NCBI GenBank assembly: GCA_038904395.1
Contig: JBCKKC010000005.1
Coordinates: forward strand, 1 to 52,385
DNA from: Acidimicrobiia bacterium
GTDB lineage: Bacteria > Actinomycetota > Acidimicrobiia > UBA2766
Direction: 5' to 3'
DNA: 52,385 nt
Below, in pieces: positions 10,037-20,000 of this stretch (positions within the stretch are counted from its first letter, which is position 1; every line of letters begins with the position of its first letter). The position numbers were made by a program, and so were the translations under genes. A model generated the notes under the pieces. The model saw only the letters and a program-made list of their open reading frames with translations. It was not told the DNA's origin and searched no databases.

Positions 10037-11227
10037 TCAGCTACCGGCCGACGGCGCCGGGGCTTCCAGACCATGGAATTCGTTGACGGCTGTCCGGGCC
10101 AGCGTCAGTCCAACTGTGGGACTGTCGGCGAGTACCGTGATGTGGCCGATCTTTCGTCCCGGCCATGGTTGTTTGCCATAGACATGCACATGGGCGCTTG
10201 GGACGGCGAGCGCACGGGAAAGCCCTTGTGTCAGCGATCCGGTAGTGGCACTCCCGAGGATGTTCACCATAGCGGCCGTTGGTGCACGCATATTCGTGTT
10301 GCCGAGAGGCCAGTCCAGTACGGCACGAATGTGGTTCTCGAACTGTGAGGTGACGCTGCCTTCGATGGTGGCATGACCGGAATTGTGAGGCCGCAGCGCC
10401 AGTTCGTTGACGACAAGTTTGTCGTCTTCGGTGATAAAGAGCTCGACAGCAACGATGCCGACGGCATCAATAGTCTCGACGAGCTCCTCGGCGAGTAACC
10501 GAGCGTCGGCCGCCAGAGAAGGAGGCATCCGGGCAGGCATGATAAGTTCCCGACAGATGCCGTCCTGCTGTACGGTTTCTATAACCGGATAGACAGCGCG
10601 TTCACCCGATGGTCGCCTAGCGATCAGAATTGCCGCTTCCATGGCGATCGAAACATGCGCTTCGACGAGCCAGATACCCGTTGGCAGCTCTTGGTCGAGG
10701 TCAGCAGACTCGTGTAGCACACGCACGCCGCGGCCGTCATAGCCGCCGCGTCGGGCCTTGAGCACAACCGGCCAGCCGTGGACCTTGGCGAACGCAGCGA
10801 TGTCGTCTGCGTCGTTGACCTCGCTGAATGCCGGGACCGGGAAGCCCTTTTGTTGCAACTGGCGGCGAGCGTGGAGCTTGTCCTGTGCGAACAGCATCGC
10901 GTCAGCTGACGGGCGGACGTAGTGGCCGTTGGATTCGAGGGTGGCGAGGTGGGCATTGGGCACGAGCTCGTGGTCGAGCGTGACAACGTCAACAGATACT
11001 GCGAGCGCTAGCAGAGAATCGAGATCATTTGGGGAACCGGGGCAGTGAATAGCTCCGGCAAGAAGGACTGGGGCGGCCACGTCATCGGTGAGTATGTGCA
11101 GTTGGACGCCGAGGTCGATGGCGGCACGTTGGGTCATGCGGGCGAGCTGTCCACCGCCAACGACCCCGATCCTGGCCGTTGTGAGGTCGGTACGTGCAGA
11201 TGGGCTGCCAGTTGGGTCTGATGTCAT
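10037..11227 (-). CDS. purK: N5-carboxyaminoimidazole ribonucleotide synthase
   Basis: GGGQLARM, GGYDGRG, NELALRPHNSGH, YGK..PGRKIGH; ATG at 11227 with GAGGGG RBS. Confidence 0.96.
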   Translation of the reverse strand: MTSDPTGSPSARTDLTTARIGVVGGGQLARMTQRAAIDLGVQLHILTDDVAAPVLLAGAIHCPGSPNDLDSLLALAVSVDVVTLDHELVPNAHLATLESNGHYVRPSADAMLFAQDKLHARRQLQQKGFPVPAFSEVNDADDIAAFAKVHGWPVVLKARRGGYDGRGVRVLHESADLDQELPTGIWLVEAHVSIAMEAAILIARRPSGERAVYPVIETVQQDGICRELIMPARMPPSLAADARLLAEELVETIDAVGIVAVELFITEDDKLVVNELALRPHNSGHATIEGSVTSQFENHIRAVLDWPLGNTNMRAPTAAMVNILGSATTGSLTQGLSRALAVPSAHVHVYGKQPWPGRKIGHITVLADSPTVGLTLARTAVNEFHGLEAPAPSAGS

Positions 11228-11303
11228 GTCAATTAGCCCCTCGAGGTGGTGCTGATAATGTTGAGTTGCTGTTGCCTGATTACCTTTCCTTGGAGAAGCG
11301 TGC

Positions 11304-11813
11304 TCATTCGCTATCGAGACCTTTGTCGGCCGTGCGAGTGGCTTCAGCGAGACCCTTTTGGTGACGGACCAGGTGTGCGGCGAGTCGCTCGTCACTCACT
11401 GCTAAGATGCGCGCTGCGAGCAGCCCTGCATTCTGGGCACCGTCGATTGCAACTGTTGCGACGGGCACACCACTTGGCATCTGTACGATCGACAGAAGCG
11501 AGTCGATCCCGGAGAGAGTTCGAAGCGACACTGGGACCCCGATCACCGGCAGGGTCGTCACCGAGGCCAGCATGCCGGGCAGATGTGCAGCACCGCCCGC
11601 CCCAGCAATGAGGACCCGTAAGCCTCTCTCGGATGCTCTGGCACCGTAGTTGATCATCTCCTGGGGAGTCCGGTGTGCTGATAAGACGCGCACTTCCCTA
11701 GACACGCCCAGGTCAGCGAGGACATCAGCTGCCGCTTTCATCACCTCGTAATCGCTGTTGCTGCCCATGACCACGCCAACCTGCGGGGAGGTCGAGTCAC
11801 TACCATTTGTCAC
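11304..11813 (-). CDS. purE: N5-CAIR mutase (class I PurE)
   Basis: [40 protein letters not shown]. Confidence 0.97.
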   Translation of the reverse strand: MTNGSDSTSPQVGVVMGSNSDYEVMKAAADVLADLGVSREVRVLSAHRTPQEMINYGARASERGLRVLIAGAGGAAHLPGMLASVTTLPVIGVPVSLRTLSGIDSLLSIVQMPSGVPVATVAIDGAQNAGLLAARILAVSDERLAAHLVRHQKGLAEATRTADKGLDSE

Positions 11814-11917
11814 TGCGCATTTCCTCTGTTCATGCGGTTCTCTACACCGCTCCTATGTAAGTAATATGATACCGGAAATTGAATACCTGAGATGAAGCGC
11901 CTATTATAGAAGGCCAC

Positions 11918-14900
11918 ATGCGTATCATGAATTTCTTGCTCGGAGCTGTGCCAGTTCTGCCAGCTGGAGCGTCTGCTGCAATTGTTCTTTGCCGCCCGGC
12001 TGGAGTCGTCGCTGGACGATGGGCGCTGCGGGCGACCGCTGCCGCTTTCGTTGCCGCGGCCATTGTCGCTATTTCCGTTGGCCTCGGGCATCCTATACAA
12101 GTGGTCGTCGAGGCGGGAGACGGGGGTGCCCTGTTTGGGCTCTACGCAAACCGGGTTGGCGCAGTCCTCGCACTCCTGACGACCGGCGTCGGCGTTGTCG
12201 TGCAGTCCTTTGCAGTCAGGGCGTTGGCGGGTGACCAACGCGAGGCTCGCTTCTTCGCGTTGGTCGGGCTGCTCACCGCGGCCACTACCGCTGTCGCAAT
12301 CTCCGCCACAGCCATTGGTCTGGCGATAGCGTGGGCTGGGGCGAGTGTCGCTCTCGGACTTCTTGTTCAACACCGATTAGGCTGGGAGCCCGCCGCTCGA
12401 GCTGCTCGCCTTACCCGCTGGAGCTTGCTCGTTGGTGATATCGCTCTCGTCGTTGGTGTGCTGCTCGTCGTCGGCACGGTTGGCAATATCGACTTTCGAT
12501 CTGTTGAAGCGTCCGTCGGCGAGCTCACTGCGACGTCGACGATAATCTCAGGGATCGAAGTCAATGTCCTGAATGTCGTTGCCGTGCTGCTGGTGGTCGC
12601 TGGTTTATCGCGATCGGCTCTCGTGCCACTGCATCGATGGCTTCCGGCCTCTTTGGCGGCGCCTACGCCAGTGTCAGCACTACTCCATGCTGGCTTCGTT
12701 AACGGAGCGGGGGTGTTGCTGATTCGGTTTGCGCCCGTGTTCGGATCGTCAAGACTCGCCACGGGACTCGCGCTGGTCGCCGGTCTGAGCACCGCGGTCA
12801 TTGCAACAGCGGTGATGCTGATCCGAACTGACGTGAAGGGCAACCTTGCATGGTCCACGGCCGGGCAGATGGGTTTCATGGTAATGCAGGTCTCGGTGGG
12901 CGCGCTCGGCGCGGCACTGTTTCATCTCATCGGGCACGGCATGTATAAGGCTGCTTTGTTCCTCGGGTCAGGCAACGCGGTTACCACGCACCTGCATCAC
13001 CTTCGGCTGCCGCTCGCTCGCCAGCGTGTCCCTCGCCCAATAGAGAGTGCGGTCACTATACTGGGTCCCCCAGCTGCCATACTCGGCGCCTACATCGTCT
13101 TTGATCCTCACCTGTCAACTGCCGGCAACATCCTCGTCATAACGTTCGCGTGGGCAACGGCTGCCCGCGGGCTTAGCGGTTGGATGCGCGCAGCTCCGTT
13201 AAGCCGAACCGCTACCGTCGCCGTGGCCATGTTGGGCACACTCATCGCCATGTTTGCATACATCGGCGGCCTTTCCGTGTTCGAGGGGTTCGTCAACCCA
13301 GCCTTGCCGACAGAACTGCCGGGCGCAGTCGGTCCCACACCACTCGTGATCAGCCTCGCTGCCATTGCCTTGGTAATAGCAGTAGTGCGGTTCATGCCAG
13401 GGGCATTTGGAAGCGTGTTACGCCACCGGCTCTACGCGATATTGCAGTCAACAGCCAGTCCTAGGTTTTCGGCACGTATAACGCGGGTCAGCACTCGAAC
13501 CCATGACCAATCCGCTGCGCCACTGAGAGCGCCGTCCCCGACAACCACGAGCGTCAGCGCCCATGAGCAAGGTCGCGCTACGACAACAGACCAGACCGAG
13601 GACTATCTCGCTGATAGCCGCCAGGCAAGGCTCCTCGCGGAGGTTGTCGAGGCGTCGGCGATCGTTGCCCCTATGTGGCCACTTACCAGCTTTGTCGCAG
13701 TCAATCCCCTGGTAGGCCTCCAGAACCGGCCTTTCGAGGAGGCAACGGCGATGGCTCGAGGGTCGCTCGGCGCTCGCACCCACCTGCCACTCGATGATTA
13801 TCGAGCTGCCTATCGCCGTGGCGAGGTCACCGATGACGATCTCCGGCGCGCAATCTTGGACGCTGATGCGATGCTGGCTGTGGCCCCAGCCATCGATATC
13901 GGCCAACGACGCGTCAGCGCAGTCGATCTAGTCCGTTTAGATCTTCTCCACAGCCCCGCGGGGAATGCTCCCATCGCTTCTACACCATCGTGTGGACGTT
14001 CCGTCTCCACGCTCGCTCCCGAGATCTCGCGTTCGATCGACTCGCTTGTAGCGTCATGGTGCGCCGCGTATGTCGACGAAGCCGGTGTGCCCTGGGCGAT
14101 GCCCGGGCGCGAACACGGATTCTTTCGGGCCTGGCAGCAACTGGCTCCCCATGATCGCCGGTTGCGTCGACTCGTCGGTCGTAACGGGCTCAACTGGCTG
14201 TCCCGTCTCCCTGAACACGCTGTAGAAGCACTCGATGCTGCGCTCGACTGTTTCGGCTTCGACGACAAAGAGCGCGTCGAGGAGCTGCGCTCTCAGATAA
14301 CCCGACTTCCGGGCTGGTCAGCCTACGCACTCTGGTCGGACGCGTGGGCTCCACCTGAGCGCCACGGACCCCCCTTGAAGCTGATCGACGTTGTGACCGT
14401 TCGAACTGCCATCCAAGCTGCAGCGACAACATGGCGACCAGCTGGCTCACTGGTGGCATCAGATGGGGATATAGCTCTACATGATTCGGCTCTCCAAGCT
14501 AGGGTCAATACCGTGCTCAAAGCCTTCGATGTCCGGCTCCCGGACCCGACGGCCGCCACCAAGGTAAAAAAGGTGCTCGACCGCATACCACAGCCCACGC
14601 AGCACGCAATCTGGCTAGCAGCGACCGAGACAAACTTTCGCGACCGTCTTGTCTACCTTTTAACGCGCCTCGATCCGGGGCAGGAAACACAACGCCCACA
14701 AGTGCAAGCAGTCTTTTGCATCGACGTGCGCTCCGAAGGCCTCCGCCGCCATCTTGAGGATCACGAAGGCTACGAAACATTTGGATTCGCTGGATTCTTC
14801 GGCGTGCCGATTCGTTGGCGATCACTAGGATCCCCAATCTCAGAGGCCCGCTGCCCGGTAATCGTGACACCGAGACACGAGGTGTCCGAGCGCACGGCCG

Positions 14901-16192
14901 CAGGCATCGATCCCGACCGGTACCTAACAACCCAACACCTACTCCGGGCCAGCCACGGCGCTTTTCACGCTGCCAAAGGCGGTGCCGGCTCGCCATTCGC
15001 CCTAGCAGAAGCAAGCGGGTGGGTGGTAGGCCCTATCGCAGCCATGCGCACTCTCCTGCCGTCACTCACGGCCCATAGCCTAGACCGGTTGATTGGGCCC
15101 GGTAGTCGGTTACCAACAGACCCGGCTGTCCGCATTGAGGTCAACTCCGAGTCTGGGTTGTCACTAGAAGAGCGAACTCTCTTCGCTGAGACGATCTTGA
15201 CCACAATGGGGCTACAGCGCTTTGCGCCGCTGGTGGTGCTATGCGGCCATCTCAGTCTCACAAGCAACAACCCCCACGCTACATCCCTCGATTGCGGCGC
15301 ATGCGGGGGCGCTCCGGGAAACGCGAGTGCCCGTGTCGCTGCCACGATCTTCAACGACCCTGAGGTCCGCACAATGCTAAAAGCACGCGGTATCACGGTA
15401 CCTGCCGACACTTGGTTTATCGCCGCTGAGCACGACACAGCCTCCGACCATGTGACCGTACTCGATCGCCACCAGGTGCCTGCCACACATAATGAGCTCG
15501 TCGCTAACTTCGAACGCGACATCTCTGTGGCTGGAGCGCAGCTAGCGCGCGAACGCGCTAGCCGGCTTCCTGGCGATCCTGCCAAGGTGCAAAGACGCGG
15601 TAAGGACTGGGCACAAGTGCGACCGGAGTGGGGCTTAGCCGGCAACGCCGCCTTCGTGATCGGACCGCGATCTGTCACCAAAGGACTGAACCTCGCCGGT
15701 CGTGTCTTTCTTCACTCATACGAGCCCGACATAGACCAGAACGCTATAGCGCTCGAAACCATCCTCACCGGTCCGCTCATTGTCGCGCAATGGATCTCAG
15801 CCCAGTACTATTTCGCTACAGTGGACCCCGAAGTGTTCGGCGCCGGAGATAAAATGCTGCACAACCCTGTAGGTGGGATCGGCGTCGTCCTTGGAGAAGG
15901 TGGCGACCTCAAGACCGGCCTACCGCTCCAATCGATCTTCATGGGTGACCAACGAATGCACGATCCACTTAGGCTCCTCGCTGTAGTGCAGGCGCCCCTG
16001 GAGCGGATCGAAACTATCATCCAACGCAACCAGGTCCTCCAAGAGCTGCTAGGTGGGCAATGGATCCACATAGCCGCCCGCTCCCACCCTAACGAAGAGT
16101 GGTCAATCCGCAGTCCTGCAGGTACCTGGTCGACCTATCATCCTTTCTGCCCCACAAACCACAAGACGCTCCCATCTTTGGAGGTTCGATGA
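11918..16192 (+). CDS. Fused inorganic-carbon pump: NuoL/MrpA-like membrane subunit (DabB/MpsA) joined to DUF2309 beta-carbonic-anhydrase-like subunit (DabA/MpsB)
   Basis: N-terminal ~500 aa is multi-TM with WLP..LAAPTPVSALLHAG, STAGQMGFM and HGMYKAALFL. C-terminal part has WPLTSFVAVNP, FCIDVRSE, LCGH, LDCGACGG and DWAQVRPEWGLA. One uninterrupted ORF. Confidence 0.93.
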   Translation: MRIMNFLLGAVPVLPAGASAAIVLCRPAGVVAGRWALRATAAAFVAAAIVAISVGLGHPIQVVVEAGDGGALFGLYANRVGAVLALLTTGVGVVVQSFAVRALAGDQREARFFALVGLLTAATTAVAISATAIGLAIAWAGASVALGLLVQHRLGWEPAARAARLTRWSLLVGDIALVVGVLLVVGTVGNIDFRSVEASVGELTATSTIISGIEVNVLNVVAVLLVVAGLSRSALVPLHRWLPASLAAPTPVSALLHAGFVNGAGVLLIRFAPVFGSSRLATGLALVAGLSTAVIATAVMLIRTDVKGNLAWSTAGQMGFMVMQVSVGALGAALFHLIGHGMYKAALFLGSGNAVTTHLHHLRLPLARQRVPRPIESAVTILGPPAAILGAYIVFDPHLSTAGNILVITFAWATAARGLSGWMRAAPLSRTATVAVAMLGTLIAMFAYIGGLSVFEGFVNPALPTELPGAVGPTPLVISLAAIALVIAVVRFMPGAFGSVLRHRLYAILQSTASPRFSARITRVSTRTHDQSAAPLRAPSPTTTSVSAHEQGRATTTDQTEDYLADSRQARLLAEVVEASAIVAPMWPLTSFVAVNPLVGLQNRPFEEATAMARGSLGARTHLPLDDYRAAYRRGEVTDDDLRRAILDADAMLAVAPAIDIGQRRVSAVDLVRLDLLHSPAGNAPIASTPSCGRSVSTLAPEISRSIDSLVASWCAAYVDEAGVPWAMPGREHGFFRAWQQLAPHDRRLRRLVGRNGLNWLSRLPEHAVEALDAALDCFGFDDKERVEELRSQITRLPGWSAYALWSDAWAPPERHGPPLKLIDVVTVRTAIQAAATTWRPAGSLVASDGDIALHDSALQARVNTVLKAFDVRLPDPTAATKVKKVLDRIPQPTQHAIWLAATETNFRDRLVYLLTRLDPGQETQRPQVQAVFCIDVRSEGLRRHLEDHEGYETFGFAGFFGVPIRWRSLGSPISEARCPVIVTPRHEVSERTAAGIDPDRYLTTQHLLRASHGAFHAAKGGAGSPFALAEASGWVVGPIAAMRTLLPSLTAHSLDRLIGPGSRLPTDPAVRIEVNSESGLSLEERTLFAETILTTMGLQRFAPLVVLCGHLSLTSNNPHATSLDCGACGGAPGNASARVAATIFNDPEVRTMLKARGITVPADTWFIAAEHDTASDHVTVLDRHQVPATHNELVANFERDISVAGAQLARERASRLPGDPAKVQRRGKDWAQVRPEWGLAGNAAFVIGPRSVTKGLNLAGRVFLHSYEPDIDQNAIALETILTGPLIVAQWISAQYYFATVDPEVFGAGDKMLHNPVGGIGVVLGEGGDLKTGLPLQSIFMGDQRMHDPLRLLAVVQAPLERIETIIQRNQVLQELLGGQWIHIAARSHPNEEWSIRSPAGTWSTYHPFCPTNHKTLPSLEVR

Positions 16193-16512
16193 ACTGGAAA
16201 GAACTAACTACCATGGTCAAGATTGAGGTGATCGTCGACGGCGGCCTGGTCCCGGCCATCCGTGACCTATTCCTACAAGTCGGTGCCACTGGCTACACCG
16301 GAGTCCCAGGAGTCTCCGGCTTCGGCCACCACGGATACCATCAGGGCCGGCTTCTGTTCAACGACCGCGCTAGCCTATCCATGTTGATCACCGTCGTCCC
16401 TGAGGACAAGATCAACTCACTAGTAGCTGGTATCCGCCGGCTACTAGAGGACAACCACGGCGTGTTCTTCTTAAGCGAAACCTACGTGAGCAGGCCAGAG
16501 TACTTCCAATGA
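16189..16512 (+). CDS. PII-like (SbtB/DUF190-type) regulatory protein
   Basis: KIEVIV...GATGYT...SGFGHHG...ITVV; ATGA overlap with the pump stop codon; GGAGG RBS. Confidence 0.85.
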   Translation: MNWKELTTMVKIEVIVDGGLVPAIRDLFLQVGATGYTGVPGVSGFGHHGYHQGRLLFNDRASLSMLITVVPEDKINSLVAGIRRLLEDNHGVFFLSETYVSRPEYFQ

Positions 16513-16514
16513 GG

Positions 16515-16883
16515 CACCGCCGACCGGTTGAGCTCGGCCGCGAAGAAAGTCGACGCTAAACGTAGGATCTCGTTCGCTCTGCGTAGTTCCGCATTTTCTG
16601 CTTCAACTTGCGCAAGACGCGCCAACGGATCCGAATCTGTCCTCGGCACGCTCGATGGTCTAGTCCGAGCCGCTTTCGCCCAGTTGTAAACCGTGCCCGG
16701 ATTCGCCCCCAGATTGGTGCCGACACGATACGCTGCCTGCTTGACTGACTCTTCGGGCTGGCGACTCTCAAACACCAGACGCACTGCACGTTCACGGAAA
16801 TCTGGACCATATTTGTGTGGATTACTCACTACTTATCCTCCCAGGATCGTGTCAAAAGTCTCCACTAATCCCAGGGCGATTCA
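16515..16883 (-). mobile_element. Truncated IS3-family element (left end + orfA only)
   Basis: Left IR TGAATCGCCCTGGGATTAGTGGAGAC at 16883-16858; orfA KYGPDFRERAVRLV...LRRANEILRLASTFFAAEL; no orfB. Confidence 0.88.
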
Positions 16884-17072
16884 CAGCCTGGCATGACGCT
16901 CAAGTCACCAATGGACCCACCGAAGCTATCAACAATCTGATCAAGCGTGTCAAGCGGGTTGCTTTCGGCTTCACGAACTTCGCCAACTACCGAATCCGGA
17001 CTCTCCTCTACGCCGGCAAACCCAACTGGAACCTACTCCACACAATCACACCCCGCTGAAATCCGAAGTACC
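16884..17072 (+). mobile_element. ISL3-family remnant (transposase C-terminus + right end)
   Basis: TNGPTEAINNLIKRVKRVAFGFTNFANYRIRTLLYAG; ends ...ctgaaatccgaagtacc. Confidence 0.85.
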
Positions 17073-17093
17073 CTTAAAACTGACAGACCCTTA

Positions 17094-20000
17094 TTACTCG
17101 ACGGGGGCAATTGGGAAGGCTGTGATGACGTTTGCAAAGTCGGAGGAGACAACAATTCTCATACGACATGTGAGCGTCGGGGCGGAACTCTGCCCATTTC
17201 TTAATGGTGTGTATGTTCCGATTTGGCGTTCGCATTGATACTCGAAAATGAACCTGCCGTCGTTTGCTTGTTCCGTGATCGACTCTGGATCAGAATTCAG
17301 CGTTTCCGACACCAGCCGCACCAGCGCATCCTTGTTGCGATACTGCGGTAAGAACTGACCAGCTGGCAGCGATACGTCATTTCTAGATTCACTACTATGA
17401 TCTTGCGTGGCATGTCTTCGCCAGATATGTCCGACGTTGACAGTGTGCGTTGGTTCATTAGGCGCTGCAGCCCCACCCCCAGCGACAGCAGCCTGACACG
17501 TGCTGGATGTCGTCGTGTCTGGCCGAGGCGCTGCAGCCCCAGCAGCAGCAGACGAGGCAACAGGGCCAGATGGTTTTTGTCCTCTAACGAGAGCGTTCAA
17601 TGCTTCGGGCTCCCAAGTTGGAACCATAGAACGCAGACGTGCCTGCGCTCTGTCGCGCAGGGAATCCTGAACGGTATCCCGAGACGAAATATGTCGGACC
17701 CATGAGGCAAAATCTTCATCGCCGGGCTCTTCAGCGGGTTGGTCGACCGTTTCCGGACCGGCAGAACTGACATTAGCCTGGTCGGCTACTTTCCTCTGCC
17801 TGCGCCGCTCGTCTCGCTCCCGCTGCTGCAATTGTTTGGCCTTCTCACGGGCTTGCGTGTTCTTGCCTCGAACAGCATTGCAAGTATTTGTTAAATCTCC
17901 CGCGAGTCCTTCTTGAATCTGTTTAAGATTTGTCGATTCCTCGCTACGCAGGGCCTCCCTCCCAGCGCTCTCCTCCTGTTGAAAAGCTAGCTTCGCTGCA
18001 TTCGGGTCGGCCGCCCACTCGCTACATATCGTCTGAAATTCAGCCCGCATCTCAAGATCAAGCTGTTGGCGTTTTTCATCTTCTTCAACCGAAGCTATCC
18101 CTCTCAGGAACTGGCGAAATTGCTGCTCCACGAGTGACCGACGAGTCCTTTCCGACTCCGCCAAATTCTCTCGCTTCTTTCTCTGCTGGTCCAGCCACGC
18201 TCGCTGCCTCGCGTCAAGTATCCGCTGACGAACGTCATGAAACTCAGCATGTGAGGTGGACGCTGCAGCGATCTCAGCTTCCAGTCGCTCACGTAGCGCA
18301 CCCGGACTGGCCACCACTAACAACCCGCCCTCTTCAGCAACGAAAATGTTTCCATCCTTATCTACGGCAAGGCCGGTAGGCCGCGACAATTGAGCTGCAG
18401 TTGCAACTCCACCCTCACCACCTAAACCAGACACACCAGTACCGGCAACCGTCGAAATCTTGCCATCAGAAGTAATGGCCCTCACGCGCGAATTGTCACT
18501 GTCGATAAAATACAAAGTGTCATCAGGTCCAAAAGTAAGCCCATGCGGGCGATCCAATTTCGCATCGACAGCCCGACCCCCATCGCCACTAAATCCAATC
18601 TCGTCTGAACCAGCAACAACCCGCACCGTACTACCATCCAAAGATCGACAGTAGATCTGATGGATGTCAGCGATATAGAGCCCATCTGGGCCGACTGCAA
18701 GCCCGGCCAAAAGCCAAGCCCTAGCCGCTCTCCCATTCTCGAGACGGCCGAGCTTTCCAGATTCCACGATCCGCTCTGGCTGCTGACCCTGTTTGATACT
18801 CCAGATATTCCTCGATAAGTCCCCCACATAGACAGTCTCATCCGACCCAATAGTCATAGCCAGTGGCGCACCCAACCCTACAACCCCGCCGGCCCCCACA
18901 TCCCGGCTGACAAGTTTCTTCCAATCATCCCCGTGTTTCAGATCCGACACCCACACGCCCTCATAATCGGCAACATAGACGCGCCTCGATGGCCCAACTG
19001 CGATTGCTGTCATTTTCCCCAGCCAATCGCCAGGCGGATAATCAAAACTTTGCCAACGGCCGTCCACTCCCGCAATCCACACGCAACGGCGCTGGTTGTC
19101 GGCCACATAAACCGAACCATCGCCACCAACCGCCACGGCTGACAGCTGCCCTATCCGCAGCGCAGTGGGACCGTCTGAAGAATCCACCAGATCGCCTCTG
19201 CCAGCGACAGCGAATGGTTGCCCCCCGGATTCACCAAAAGCAACAACCCGCGAACCATCTGCCACATAAACAAACCCACAAGGTCCAACAGCAAGGGACG
19301 TATACCGAGAGCCTGATGCGTCTTTAAAAGTGGCGAAAGTTTTAATATTATTATCATCAGCGGATCGGGCTACAATTGATCGCCCGTCTTCCATATAGAG
19401 AGTCCCGTTTGGCCCCACTGCCAAGCTAGGTACACGGGAATCGTCGCCTAGCGCTATAACTTGTTGCACATCCCGTCTATTTTTATTTATGGCGTGAACA
19501 CCCTGGACAGTCGCGACATAGAGCGTATCGTCTGGTCCAACTGCCAAATTCCGCGGGCCTTCGATCATACGGGGGCCTCTGGCAGAGTGCTTATGAAGTT
19601 GCGTTGCACCACCGGCAACAGTGCGAATCTTACTACCAGGCATAAATGCTCGAACACGGGTTAACCCGTCTACAAAGTAGACGGTACCATCCGGACCAAT
19701 AGCCATCCATGCCGGCTCATTCAGTCTTGCTTGTATGGCCTGACCATCATCACCATCACCATCACGACCAGGTTCCCCCGTTCCGGCCACTGTGCGGATA
19801 ACTCCATCGCGACTGACGGCTCGGACACGATGGTTTGCGGAATCAGCTATATAGACAACCCCATCACGACCTATGGCTACAGCCATCGGCTGACTAAGAG
19901 CAGCTAGAGTGGCCTGACCATCATCACCACGATAGTCAGGCGCCCCGGTGCCCGCAAAGACACGCGCAATTCCGTCAGGACCAATTGCATACACCCGATG

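Noticed and set aside
11228-11395. N-terminal extension of PurK in the ORF track
   Set aside because: It overlaps purE; a better ATG with RBS exists at 11227
11860-11895. atacc(g/t)ga direct repeat in the purE-pump intergenic region as an operator
   Set aside because: Too short and degenerate to support without comparative data
11918-13450. NADH dehydrogenase subunit L (nuoL)
   Set aside because: Fused to DUF2309 with no other nuo genes nearby; this is the carbon-pump membrane subunit
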